Shown here: in pieces, positions 15,661-30,137 of the stretch
How positions within the stretch are numbered: position 1 is the first letter of the stretch
How the letters are laid out: each line of letters begins with the position of its first letter
Source: the human T2T-CHM13v2.0 reference genome, Homo sapiens
Assembly (NCBI RefSeq): GCF_009914755.1
Contig: NC_060934.1
DNA length: 64,000 nt
Direction: 5' to 3' (one strand)
Position numbers and translations under genes: made by a program
Notes under the pieces: generated by a model
Told to the model about the DNA's origin: nothing
The model's database searches: none
What the model saw: only the letters and a program-made list of their open reading frames with translations

Positions 15661-16008
15661 TGCTGTCTTCAGAATGCTTATGGCCCCTCCCACATTCCTG
15701 TGTTAACATCCTGCCCCCAAGGTGGTGGCCTCAGGAGGCCTGGCTCTGGGGGCCGATGAGATCGCAAGGAGAGGACTCCATCCCCATGAATGCAATCAGT
15801 GCCCTGAAAGAAGAGGCCTGAGTGCTGCCTCACCCCTTCTATCCTACAAGGACACGGCAAGAAGGTGCCGTCTGTGAAGAGTGGACCCTCCTCGTGGAAT
15901 GGGCTGGCCTCGCTCTTATCCTCCCAGCTTCAGGTGCCCTGTGGAGCACACGTCTGTGGCGTAGGCCCCGCAGGCTGCGGTGTTTTGTTGCCGCAGCCTG
16001 AGTGAAGA
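15661..16008 (+). mobile_element. MLT1A-like MaLR solo LTR, highly diverged
   Basis: tgctgtcttcagaatg...cagtgccctgaaagaagaggcc...aaggacacggcaagaaggtgcc...ggtgttttgttgccgcagcc follows the MLT1A layout. Confidence 0.65.
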
Positions 16009-17085
16009 GAACGCCTTCCCGTGACGCGTCCAGCGTTGGGTCAGTGTGGAGGACCCGATAAGAACGCTTGCTGGGGGATGCCAGGCTGCACTCAGATGGA
16101 GGGATGGTGCGTGGGGCAAGAGGGAGCCCCGAGTCTGGGCCTGGAGCTGCTGCCCTCTGTCCCCACAGTGGCCCGATCCACGTCTCGAGTTGCTCTGAAT
16201 TCCCAGCACTGTCTCGTGGCGGCCCGCAGCCCGTGGGCCACAATGGAGGGCTTCATCTCAGAAGCTTCCCATACTCCTTGCCTGTCTTCCAAGTGTGGCG
16301 TCCGGAACCAGCTCAGGATGCAACTGCTGGTTTTAGCCTTTAAAAAATGTGCACCCTGGAAGCACATGGGATGCTGTATGAGGAAGACTTCTGTGTGGCT
16401 TTCACACGTGACTTTTCTGGCCCACCGAGTTTCCTTCTAAACCCCCAGGCATCTGGGGTGAAGGCCCGTGGCCGCTGCTCAGTGGAGTTGGAGGAAGTGG
16501 CTGCTGGGTGCGGGGAGGCTCCTGAACTCTCGGAACCTGGAAGTTCACTGCGCTTGGTTTGACCGAAGGGGTGGGACCCAGCCTGCATTCGACACACAGC
16601 TTTGCGGCTGCATTTCTGCCCCTGGTGAAGCAGCTGGGCAGGCCCCTTTGCTTGAGGGCCCCGTCTTTGGGGTAGGAACTGGCCCTGCTGGAGAGTGGGC
16701 AGCTGGGACTGAGGTGGGCACCCTTGCTTGAAGCTAAGAAGACCCAGGAGAAGGGGCGGGCTTTGAGGACAGAGTGGGCCCTGGGTCAGTGGAGTGTAGG
16801 CACTGGGTTGGTGGAGGAGCTGGTTGGAGACTGAGGGGCTGGGAGGCCCCAGGCTGGGGCAAGGGGGTGTCTGCCGCTCTGGGCGGCTGGGATAAACAAA
16901 GCTGTGCAGCTGAGCCTCTCAGCTGAGAGGCTGCGACCTTCATGGCCTGGTGGGCCTGGCACCTGAGGCCCTGGGCCTGGGGAACAGGGGCCTCCCCTCT
17001 TAGTGGTGATGGGCTTCACCCTCTGTAGCTGCCGGTTCCGGGTCCTGTGGGGAGCGGTGAGGGATGGTCGTGTGCGTCGTTTTAG

Positions 17086-18444
17086 GAGCATGTGTGTGAG
17101 CGTGAGGATGCCCATGGCCAGTGGACATGCCTTCCTCCTGTCCTTGCAGCCACTGGAGGGGAAGCTTCTTGTCCTTAAGTCAGACCGGGAGGCAGACGGG
17201 CCCTGAAAGAACCACAGGGTGGCGTGGGAGGCAGCTGCAGTGGGAGGTGCCTGTGCTTTGTTGGTTGTGAACAAGCATCCAAGGGAGGACCACAGTGGCA
17301 GATGTGCAGTGTGGGGCATGTGGCGTGCAGGGACGCCGTGGGCGTGGTGTGGGGCACGTGGCGTGCGGGGACGCCGTGGGCGTGGTGTGAGGTATGTGGC
17401 GTGCGGGGACGCCGTGGGCGTGGTGTGGGATATGTGGTATTGGGAACATGGTGGTGACGCAGGATGTGGTGGTGGTGTAGAATGTGGTGCTGATGGATGT
17501 GGTGTGTGTGGGATGCTGTGGTCACATGGGACATGGTGTATGGGACGTGGTGGTGACATAGTGTGTGTTGGTGATAGGGGATGGGGTGGTGACATGGGAT
17601 GTGGTTTTGGGGTTGCAGTGGTGACATGGGACATGGTAGTGACATGGGACATGGTGACAGGGTAGGGTGTGGTGGTGATGGAGGTGGTGTGGTAATGTGG
17701 CGTGGAGGATGCAGTGTGGGGGACATGGTGACATGGCGATGTGTCATGTGGTGATGGGGGACGTGGCGTGGGGGATATGGGGTCCTGGATCTCCTGTAGC
17801 TCTGGCCAGTGGCGAGTGGCACCATGCAGCAGGGAGGAAGGCCAGCTTCACGCTGCAGGAGCTCCTGGGCAGTCTGTTCTGGGAGTGAGGATGTTTGGGG
17901 GTTGTGGAGCCATCGTGCTGGCCAGTTGCTTTGCTGCGCTGGTGGGGAGAGGCCGCCTGAGGTCCTTCGAAGCAGCCTGGGTCTGTCTGCTCCCTGGGGT
18001 CAGATGCAGGCCGCTTCTGCAGCTTCGGCATCATGTCCCAGCCCAGCCCCGCAGCCTTCACCTGTAGGAAGATTCTGCAGGCTCTCTCTCCCTCCATCAT
18101 CTGGTGACTCCTCAAACACCGCGCCCTGGTTGGTGGCTGTATTGATTCTTGGTCTCCCAGTGACGAGCTGAGGTGGGGAGCCACGAAGCCACAGGCTGAG
18201 GCAGAGCCAGGACAGACCCTGCTTGGCCCTGGGCTCTGGCTCTTTGCAGGCAGCTCAGCAGACAGTCCCCGCCCTTCAGAGCTCCTGTGCAGTGTGGCTT
18301 GGGGCAAAGCCACCCTGTGGCTCTCTCAGGGCCCTTCTGCCTCCTGGTCTGATCTAAGGACAAGAAGCTTTCCCTCCGGTGACTGCAGGGACGAGAGGAA
18401 GGGATGTCCACCGGCCGTGGGCATGCTCACACTCACACACGCTC
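17086..18444. repeat. Inverted duplication: arms 17086-17223 and 18309-18444
   Basis: The reverse complement of the left arm aligns to the right arm with 17 substitutions and one 2-nt indel over about 137 bp. Confidence 0.92.
17305..17780. repeat. GT-rich low-complexity tract: three ~38 bp units, then gtggtgacatgg-type repeats
   Basis: gtggcgtgcggggacgccgtgggcgtggtgtg x3, followed by degenerate gtggtgacatgggac repeats. Confidence 0.8.
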
Positions 18445-19582
18445 ACTGCCTGGGTGAGAGGCGGTGGAGGACCCCTTTCCCAGAGGGAAGGTCTCCTGTG
18501 AGCCACACCTGAAGGGTGTGGAGGAGCGGCTGTTACCTGCTCGTGTGGCCAGTGCAGATCTTGAATCCTCAGACTGCAGGTGAGGTAGCCAGGACATCCA
18601 TTGTGACCTTCTTCCTGTTGACAAAGACAGTACATGGAGTGGAAGCTTCTGGCTATCTGTGCATTGCTTCACCGAGCACCTGACTGCGTCTGGCACGTGG
18701 CGTGTGTGGAGCAACTGCCTGCCACACAGAAGTCTGAGGATACTGATCAAAGCAGAAAAGGATAAACATTCTTTCCTTCCCCAGTTTTGCCTCCAGCATG
18801 ATGCACACCCCATCATATGTGTTTGCCTGCGTGGCTGTGGGCAGGTGTGCAGTCCACAAGTGGGTCATCCACAAGTGGGCAGCAGACACATGTGCGTACA
18901 GCTTACTCTCTCTGCCTTTTTTGTAAGCTGGGAAATCTTTCTATGTGAATTAATATATGCTGTCTATCTTAATAGCTTCAGAATATTTTATGATATAGTT
19001 AGGCCTTAATTTTTTAAAGTTGTTTTTCTGTTGGACCTTGAGGTAGTTTAAAGTTTGCTTGTGGGAATGAGGATAAATTTTAAAACAGGATATAATGTTG
19101 TCTGTCATGCAAATATAAAATGAATAGGTACTTATTCACTTTAAATACCTATTTTAAAAATAGAGTTTTAAATTGAGATAATAAATGTTGTTTATTTATC
19201 AGGGAGAGACCCAGTAAGATGTAGAACTGGTTCAGGGAAGAATCCAGAATGTAGGCAAATAGCTTCTCCCATCAGCAGTACTGACATGAGTGTGCTTCAC
19301 GGATGCAAGGCTGGCACTGTCCACAGGGTCATGATCCATCACATCTGCTGGACATTGTGCATTTCTGTGGTCAAGAATCATTTCCATCATCATCAGCTTT
19401 TAAACTCACAGAGTTGCAACATAGCTCAGAGACAACTAAAGGTAGAGATAACCCAAATAGGTGAGCTAAATGGAGGCACTCTCATTATTGCTCATTTTAA
19501 AGTCTTTCACAGTTTTTCCTGATGGTAATTTTAAGAATGATGTGATAGGCAGTGTCTGTTTCCAGCTAACATGGAAGAAGAG

Positions 19583-21590
<2,008 letters not shown>

Positions 21591-22294
21591 GTTATGGGAA
21601 TATTAATATAATTTATGCCAATAAACTTGAAATTTTATATGAAAGAAACTTTTTTTTTTGAAAAACAAAAGTATCAAGAAGAAATAATGAACTCAATAGT
21701 CCTATATCTATTCAATTAAAAATTTGCCCATTACCTTTCCACAAAAACCCTCCCAGCCCAGATGGCTTCCCTGGTGAATTCTATATTTAAACAAGAAACA
21801 ACAGAAATTCTACAGAGCCTTTAGAAGAAGACTGAGTCACAGATGATACTTTTTGAATTATTCTTTGATATGAACATTAGAAAAATTCAAACCAACATTC
21901 CCCATGAAAATAAAGGCAAAAATTATTTTCAATGTTGTAAATCAAGGGATGCAAGCCTGGTTTAACATTCAAGAATCAATCAACAGAATTTACCATGTCA
22001 ACTGATTGAGGAAGAAAAGCCATATGATCATCTCAGTAGATGCAGAAAACGCATTTGACACAATTCTGTAACCATTTCTGATAAAAACTCTTAGCAAACT
22101 AGGAATAGAAAAGAGCATTCTCAGCCTGTAAAGGGCATCTATCTACAGAGCCCCACAGCTCATGCCACACTTAAACTGTGATAGAGGAAGTGCTTATTTA
22201 CCTGAAGACTGGGAACAGGGCAAGGCTGCCTGATCTTACTTCTCCCATGCAGTATGGTACTAAAAGACTTAGCCAGCACAATAGGGCAAGAAAG

Positions 22295-22925
22295 TGTGAA
22301 CACACCATATTGGAGACAGGTCTCAACCAATTTAGAAATTTTATTTTGCCAAGGTTAAGAATACTCCTGTGGCACAGCCTCAGGAGGTTCTGATGATGTT
22401 GCCTAAGGCGATTGGGGCACAGCTTGATTTTATCTATTTTAGGGAGACATGAGGCCTCAGTGTGTGTTCATGTACATTGGTTTGTTCTGGAAAGGTGGTA
22501 CCGCTTGAAGCAGGGGAGGGGGCTTTCAGGTCACAGGTAGATAAGAGACAAAGGGTCATATTCTTTTGAGTCTCTGATTAGCCTTTTACTGAATACACAG
22601 TTTACATGTGAGGGGGTAGAGGAATAATCACTTATGCCTTAGTCTGGCTCAGTGAAGTGGTAGGGCAGAGGAAGCCATCAGTCATGCGTTTGTCCCAGAG
22701 GAGCCTCAGAGGGATGACTTTGAGTTCTGTCTGTCCTTTGTCCATAAGGAATTACCTTGTGGGAAAATCGTGAGGGGGGTATGTCTTTTTTTTTTTTTTT
22801 TAAATCTGTGTAGCTGTCTTATTTAGGAATAAAATAGGAGGCAGGTTTGCCTCACGCAATTCCTAGCTTAACTTTTCCCACTGGCTTAGTGATTCTGTGT
22901 TCCCAAGGTTTATTTTCCTTTCACA
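22295..22925 (-). mobile_element. MER4A-like ERV1 solo LTR with 4 bp TSD
   Basis: TG...CA termini; ends tttattttcctttcaca (reverse complement of the MER4 start); AAAG at 22291-22294 and 22926-22929; the host L1 resumes across it. Confidence 0.85.
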
Positions 22926-23237
22926 AAAGGAAACAAAAGTCATACAGATTTGAAAGGAAGAAATAGAACTTTATTGGTAGAAGACATGGTGGACTATTTA
23001 GAAAAACTGAAGGAATCCATAAAACTTTACTATTACTATTAAGTGGATTTATTTAGTTTTCAACATACAAGGTCAGTATGAAAACATCTTGTTTACATTA
23101 GCTATCAATAATTGGAGACTTAAAAAATATTTACAATAGCAGTAAAATGAAATAGTTGGGTATAAATTGGTAAAATATGTCAATATCTCTGTACTGAAAA
23201 GTTTGAAACACTGATGAAAGAATCAGAGAAGATATAA

Positions 23238-24406
23238 AGAACTTGAGAAATATACCATGTTCATGGATTGGAAGACTCAGTTACACTGACATGTTAGAAC
23301 TTGAGAAATATACCGCGTTCGTGGATTGGAAGACTCAGTTACGCTGACGTGTTAGAACTTGAGAAATATACCGCGTTCGTGGATTGGAAGACTCAGTTAC
23401 GCTGACGTGTTAGAACTTGAGAAATATACCGCGTTCGTGGATTGGAAGACTCAGTTACGCTGACGTGTTAGAACTTGAGAAATATACCGCGTTCGTGGAT
23501 TGGAAGACTCAGTTACGCTGACGTGTTAGAACTTGAGAAATATACCGCGTTCGTGGATTGGAAGACTCAGTTACGCTGACGTGTTAGAACTTGAGAAATA
23601 TACCGCGTTCGTGGATTGGAAGACTCAGTTACGCTGACGTGTTAGAACTTGAGAAATATACCGCGTTCGTGGATTGGAAGACTCAGTTACGCTGACGTGT
23701 TAGAACTTGAGAAATATACCGCGTTCGTGGATTGGAAGACTCAGTTACGCTGACGTGTTAGAACTTGAGAAATATACCGCGTTCGTGGATTGGAAGACTC
23801 AGTTACGCTGACGTGTTAGAACTTGAGAAATATACCGCGTTCGTGGATTGGAAGACTCAGTTACGCTGACGTGTTAGAACTTGAGAAATATACCGCGTTC
23901 GTGGATTGGAAGACTCAGTTACGCTGACGTGTCAGAACTTGAGAAATATACCGCGTTCGTGGATTGGAAGACTCAGTTACGCTGACGTGTTAGAACTTGA
24001 GAAATATACCGCGTTCGTGGATTGGAAGACTCAGTTACGCTGACGTGTTAGAACTTGAGAAATATACCGCGTTCGTGGATTGGAAGACTCAGTTACGCTG
24101 ACGTGTTAGAACTTGAGAAATATACCGCGTTCGTGGATTGGAAGACTCAGTTACGCTGACGTGTTAGAACTTGAGAAATATACCGCGTTCGTGGATTGGA
24201 AGACTCAGTTACGCTGACGTGTTAGAACTTGAGAAATATACCGTGTTCGTGGATTGGAAGACTCAGTTACGCTGACGTGTTAGAACTTGAGAAATATACC
24301 GTCCGTGTTCGTGGATTGGAAGACTCAGTTACGGTGACGTGTTAGAACTTGAGAAATATACCGTCCGTGTTCGTGGATTGGAAGACTCAGTTACGCTGAC
24401 ATGTTA
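23238..24406. repeat. Homogeneous minisatellite derived from L1, 58 bp x20
   Basis: acttgag recurs every 58 bp from 23241 to 24285, then at 24347; the last two units carry a 4 bp ccgt duplication. Confidence 0.98.
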
Positions 24407-25789
24407 ATTCCCCACTAACCAATCTACTGAGTTAGTGCAGTTGCAACCAAAATCTCAGCAGGATTTTTTTTTTGTAGAACTCTATAAGATTATTCTAAAA
24501 TATACACAGGAAAGCAAAAGAACTAGAATAGCCAGAACAGTTAAAAAGTAAAAACATACTAATGTTTGGGGGCTTATATTCAGATTTCAAGACATACCAT
24601 AAAGCTGAAGCAATCACAACAGTGTGCTCTTTGTAAAAGCACAGAAATACAGATCAGTGGAACAGAAAAGAGATTAAGAACTAGACTCACACATACAGTT
24701 AGGATTGACCAGGGGGTAAAGGCAATTTGTTAAAGAAAGGAACAGTTTTTTTTTTTTTTCAACAAATTGTGCAGGAACAATAGGACATCCATATGCAAAA
24801 AGTTGAGAATTTTAATACTTTATACCATACACAAAAATTAACTCAAAATGGATCTTAGAGCTAAATATAAATCTTAAAAAGTACAAAAGTTCTAGAAGGA
24901 AACTTAAGAGAAAATCTTTTTGACCTTGGATTAGGCAAAGATTTCTTAGATGCAACAGCAAAAGCACAATTAATAAAAGAAAAGAATTGGCAAATTCAAA
25001 TATATCATAATTAGGAACTTCTGCTCTTTGTTAAGACACTGTGAAAAGAATGAAAAGACATATCACAGATTGGAGGAAAATATTTGCAAATTACATATTT
25101 GATGAAGGACTTGTATCTAGAATATACAAAGAACTCTGAAAAGCCAATAATAAGAAAGCAAAGAACCCAATTTTAAAATAACTGAAAAATTTTACTAGAT
25201 ACTTCACTGAAGAAGAGAATACAAATGGCAAGTAAGTGCCTGAGATGGTGCTCAGCTTCAGTAGTCTTTCGGGAAATGCAGATTACAGCAACATAATCAG
25301 TACGTGCCTATTAGACTGGCTAAAATTCAATTGGCTGTAAAAACAGTACAGAAACCCTGACAATACTCAGTGTTGATGAAGACGCAGGGCCACCGGAAGT
25401 CCTATGCCTGCTGCTGGCCCTGCAGATCCCTATGGCCATCAGGGAATCTGTCATTTCTTATAAAGTTGGACGTGTGGCCACCCCCTGACCCACGCACGTT
25501 GCTCCTGCTCACCGGCTGACATGATGGCGCCTGTTTGCACAGAAGCCTGAAGCAAATGTTCACAGCTGCTTCACCTGTGATCCCCGCCTCTGCTGCGTGG
25601 TTCCATTTCTGGGTCACATGGAAGCGGGGGAGCTGTGGGCACAGAGATGAGCGGTTCTTACAGAGGCCTGGGGTCTTTGAAGGAGTTTGAAGTGTGAGCT
25701 CGCTGTTTTGGCTGTGGTGCCACTTGCACACCGGCATGCCCGTGCTTCACACCGGCGCGCCCTCACCAGCACACCTGCACCTCACACCG

Positions 25790-25905
25790 GCACGTGCACT
25801 TCCCACCAGCGTGTCTGCACTTCCCACCGGCGTGTCTGCACTTCCCACCGGCGTGTCTGCACTTCCACCGGCGTGTCTGCACTTCCCACTGGCGTGTCTG
25901 CACTT
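25790..25905. repeat. Tandem repeat, 21 bp x about 5.5
   Basis: gcacttcccaccggcgtgtct repeated. Confidence 0.9.
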
Positions 25906-26761
25906 GGGGAATGTGCATTTCCCTTTGGCAGCTCCTGTCTTCTGTGCGGTTCCTCCCATTCCCACCTGTTTGGTGCCTGGCATGTAGGCCGTGGTCTCTG
26001 CCCGTTCAGCACCTCCATACATGCTCAGGACTCCCCACCTTTCTGTTCAAACCCAAACCCCTCCTTTCCTTCCAGACTCTTGGTTCCAGCTGCCTGGATG
26101 CCCTGTGGCCTGCCGGACTTAGAATGTCCAGAGGGGCTTCTCCGTCCTCTGCTCCACACCCCACCCCCGCCCTGGCCTGCCCCACAGTGTCACCCTCCTG
26201 GCTGACACAGCTCCATGCCGCCGGTGCCAGGGCCCACACCGTGGCATCTGCCTCTTCTCCCATGTGGCATCGCACCTGTCAGCAGGTGCTGCCCCGCCAC
26301 CCTCAGAGGCTCCCTGGCATCTGGCATTGGTCACTGTCCCTGCTGCCACCCTGCCCACGCCACAGTCCACTCTCCTTGGTTGGTTGCAGGGCCTCCTGCT
26401 CCTGCCTCAGTTTTCTCACAGGCTGAGCCTTGGAGGCCCCGCCCCTTCCCTCTCTCCCTCCCCCCTCCCCCTCCCTCCTTCCTTCCTTCCCTCCCTCCAG
26501 CTGGCCTTGCTCTGCCATCTCAGGACCTCGCACAGGCCACCGCTCCCTCTGACGGCACCTCTGCTCCCTGCCTGTCCCTGTCCTTCCCCCTCACGTGGCT
26601 CAACCCAAGGCTTTCCCTACTCCGCTCCTGTCATCCCACCCCACACCCCTTTCTCAGCAGGATCTTTTTCTGTGGCCCTGTGTCTTTCTGAATTACTGTA
26701 TGATTTCCCAGCTTCTGAGTCAATGCCTGGGCTAGGGAGGGAGGCAGTCAATAAATATTCA

Positions 26762-26990
26762 TGTCTTGGTTTGAGGTCTCCCAAAACACACCCCAGGCAG
26801 GATTCCAGTGAAAGCAGTTGAGCTGGGAGGTGCAGGAAAAACCAGCTGGGGAGTGGGTAGATGAGACTAGGAGGGGAGGCTTTGGGAGCCCCTTGAGGCA
26901 CAGGGGTCTCAGACTGGCCGGCAGCTGGCTGAGGGGCACTGAAGGGCAGGCCCGGGGACATGGGAGCCTCTGCTGCAGGGGCAAGGGGTG
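26762..26990. mobile_element. Old ERVL LTR fragment (LTR16/LTR33-like)
   Basis: tgtcttggtttgaggtctcccaaaacaca...ggattccagtgaaagcagttgagctgggaggtg resembles a recalled ERVL LTR terminus. Confidence 0.45.
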
Positions 26991-27186
26991 ACCCCTGGCC
27001 AGTCCTGAGGCTTCCTGACCAAGGTCGGGCCCTGTGACTCTCAGTTCCTTTCTTTGGCTGAGGTCAGGGGCGTGCCTTGGCCCTGGGCATTGCACGGAGC
27101 AGGGGGTTCTGGAGGGGGAGGTGCCATCCTGCCTGGCCCAACTTCCCACTCACCTGAGGCTGCTTCTCTGCAAGGGCTGGCAGGAC

Positions 27187-27189
<3 letters not shown>

Positions 27190-27242
<53 letters not shown>

Positions 27243-27243
27243 A
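27190..27243. repeat. (TG)n microsatellite
   Basis: Direct reading; one interruption. Confidence 0.95.
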
Positions 27244-27249
27244 CAGTGT

Positions 27250-27860
27250 TTGTAAACTTGAGGTAGTTTATACACAGTAAAATATATTGATCTTTGGTGC
27301 ATGTTTCTTCGATTTTGACAAATGCGCACACCTGTATAGTGCCCGCCCCAACATAATGGGGAATTTCCATCTTCCTCTTCCCTGCTGCCCCGCCCCTCGG
27401 GTACCACAGATCCGTTTTTCCCATTCCAGAACGTCACACGCTGAGACCCAGGGAACGTGGCGGCACCCGCCTGCTTTCCCTGTGCTAGTGTGTTGAGCCA
27501 GTTCCGTGTTGTCACACACTGTGGCTCAGTGCTGTCATCACGAGCACTGGTCCTGGATCCTGCTGTGTGGGGCCCACTCTGCGCTCCCCACTCTCCCCTT
27601 GGTGACACCTGGGCTATATCCAGGTTCGCCTGGTTAAACAAAGCTGCCGTGCATGTGGACACGCAGGCTTCCCGGGACACACGCCTTCATTCTGCCTGGG
27701 TCCATTCCTCAGGGAGACTGTTGGCTGTAGGGTGGGTGTGTGTTGAAGGCTTCAAGGAGCTGCCCAGGTGAGGTGCCTGGTCACGCCTGCAGCCAGTAGG
27801 TGGGAGTCCTGGTCACTCCATGTGTCTCTCACAGTTGGTGCTGTCCTTTGCCTTTCGGCT
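27250..27860 (-). mobile_element. Highly diverged L1M 3' fragment
   Basis: aacttgaggtagtttatacacagtaaaat...acacctgggctatatccagg...aacaaagctgccgtgcatg. Confidence 0.6.
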
Positions 27861-28280
27861 CCCTGACACCGCTAAGTGCCTCGTAGCAATATACAGTTGT
27901 GGGAGCTGGCGTGTTCAAGATCGCAGACTGTGCAATTCTTTCTCTCTGTTCTGAAGTGAGATTTTGTGGGTGTGCACAAGAGCCCTCTGTCAGTATCCAC
28001 AAGGTGGATTCTGGTGTTCGTTTTAGCCAGCACTTAGATTCTTTACAGACAGATTGTCAAGGCTTGCTGTGGAATGCACACGTTAGCAGTCTGCTGTGCC
28101 CTGTGGACAGCCCGAGCTCACAGCAGTGCAGGGGTTCCTGTGGCGACTGTGGGAGGCCCCTTGTTGGCTCCGTGTGAGGCCCTCCCAGCTCATGCCCCAC
28201 TGCCCTCGAAGGGTCGTGTGTTCTGCTAGAGTCTGTTTGGCTGTAGTTTGGTCCTGTGCTTGGCACTGGGGCGGGGTGGG

Positions 28281-28615
28281 TGTCATAGACCAAATTGTGT
28301 CCCCCCAAGTTCATAGGTTGTGCTCTGACCCCAGTGTAATGGTATTGAGGGGGGTGGGCCCTTTGGGAGGTGATGGGGTGAGATGAGGTTATGCGGTGGG
28401 CCCCCCGGATGGGATGGGTGCCCTTACAAGAAGGGACACGGGATCAGGCTCTCTCCACAGGGCGCAGAGGCAGCTCTGTGAGCCAGGAAGGACCCTCACC
28501 AGGAACCAAACCGGCCGGCTTCTTGGCCTCAGACTGACAGCTCCAGAACTGGGAGAAATACGTGTCTCGTTTAGGCTCTCTGGTCTGTGGCATTTTGTGA
28601 TGGAGCCTCTGCCGA
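28281..28615 (+). mobile_element. MLT1A-like MaLR solo LTR
   Basis: tgtcatagaccaaattgtgtcccccc...gatgggtgcccttacaagaag...ctccagaactgggagaaata...tctgtggcattttgtgatgg. Confidence 0.8.
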
Positions 28616-30137
28616 CCGAGGGAGGGGCTGAGGGTGGACAGGCTGGGAATACCTCACCTTGGGTGCTCCCAGGAGGCTTCACGGGGAGACCGGGGCCGGG
28701 AGCTGCTGCTGGCTCCACACCTGTCCTGAGAGGGTCTGTCCTGGCCGCTGAGCAGGTGGGTCTGGAGGGCGGTGGGGCTGGCGGTGCTGGGCGCGGCTCC
28801 CAAGATGCGTGCAGCTGTCCGCGGTGGCTGCCTCGTCCAGCAGCGTCCCTGCCAGAAGTGGGTGCTTTGAGGGCCAGTGCCTGGTCTGTCCCGACTCCCT
28901 CTGTGTCCCCAGCTGCCAGCAACGTGCAGCGGATGACAAGTGAAATGAACGAGGGAGTGAGAGCCGAAAAAGACACCTTCCAGGAATCGTGGTGAAAGCA
29001 GCGAGCACAGTGTGGTCCGGGGCTGGGGGTGTGAGATGGCTGGGATTATAGTGAGAGGCGAGACAGGGGATGCAGACGGGTAGATGCCACAGGGCCTCCT
29101 CTTCCCCGTGAAAAGCTTCAGACTTTCTTCATCCTCAGGGTAACGGCAGCCACGGACAGATTTGTGAGGACCTTTGGTTGGAGTATTGGAAACCGGGAGG
29201 GGTGAGGCCGTGGAGAGAGCCGTGTGGGGGAGGTGCCCAGGCTGGAGTGGCGGCGTCGGGTGTGGAGAGAAACTGGAGATAAGGGACGCGAATCTGACTC
29301 GGTGACTTTGTTGTTGATGTTGATGTCTTCACTGGTTGCCATTGCCCAGGAGGGTGTTTACAGCACAGCGCTCTGATCAGCAGCTGCGGATCTACTCTTG
29401 GTGAAGAGCAACCATTAGATTAGGCTCAAGTGTGGAAATTAACCGCAAACCAGATTCTAAAAGCAGACCTCCTGCCAGTGGTCTGGTCTCCTTTGGAAGA
29501 CAGTGTGATCCTTGTCTGCCTGACGCAGCTCAGGCCCATTCCTACCAGCTCAGTAAGGGCCGGCATGGCTGAGAGCCCATCGTGGACCCTGGGAGGAGAC
29601 TGATGGGAGGCTCCCCTTTCTGGGCTGTGTAACCTCACCGTGCCCCGCTTCCTCGTGAGCATGCACCCATGGCTGGCAATGACTGTGAGGAGTGACAGAG
29701 TGAATTCCACCGGGCCGGCAGCACCATTCAGGAAGCACTAACTGCTGTGAGGGCCTGGAGCCCTGTGCCCTATGGTGGCCGCCCCCTCTCCCTCCAGATG
29801 TGCTCTGGTGGCGGGGGGGGGGGGGGGCGTGGCGTGGGGGACACGTAGAAGGAAACATGGCTGTTTATTTCCTTTCCGGATGGGGAAGGCTTTTCTAAAC
29901 TCCACATAGTTGAAGGAATTTGTAGAGGCAAAGACTGATGGATTCGAGTAAATAAAACTGGCAGGACTTTTCTTAGGCTCTTAGAGTTTAAATGTGATTA
30001 AAAGGCAGACTGGGAATATATTTTTAAAAACAACAATAGGCTGGTTTAACAATTTTTATAAAGAACTCTTATAAATGAAAGAGAACATGTAAAATTCCAA
30101 TAGAAAGATGGTCAAAAGCTTCTCTTAGAATCTAGCC

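Larger units (their letters stand above)
21591..25570 (+). mobile_element. Old L1 (L1M) ORF2/3' fragments, interrupted by MER4A and the 58 bp VNTR
   Basis: A-rich sense L1 text (cccagatggcttccctggtgaattc; atgatcatctcagtagatgcagaaaa; aaaattaactcaaaatggatc). Confidence 0.85.

Noticed and set aside
19203-19460. Possible poison exon (ttatcag| ... aaatag|gtgagc) with an early TAA
   Set aside because: Splice-like pairs arise often by chance in a 38 kb intron; the pyrimidine tract is weak and there is no independent support.
23238-24406. CRISPR-like regular array
   Set aside because: Units are contiguous with no unique spacers, there are no cas genes, the context is a primate intron, and the unit is L1-derived.
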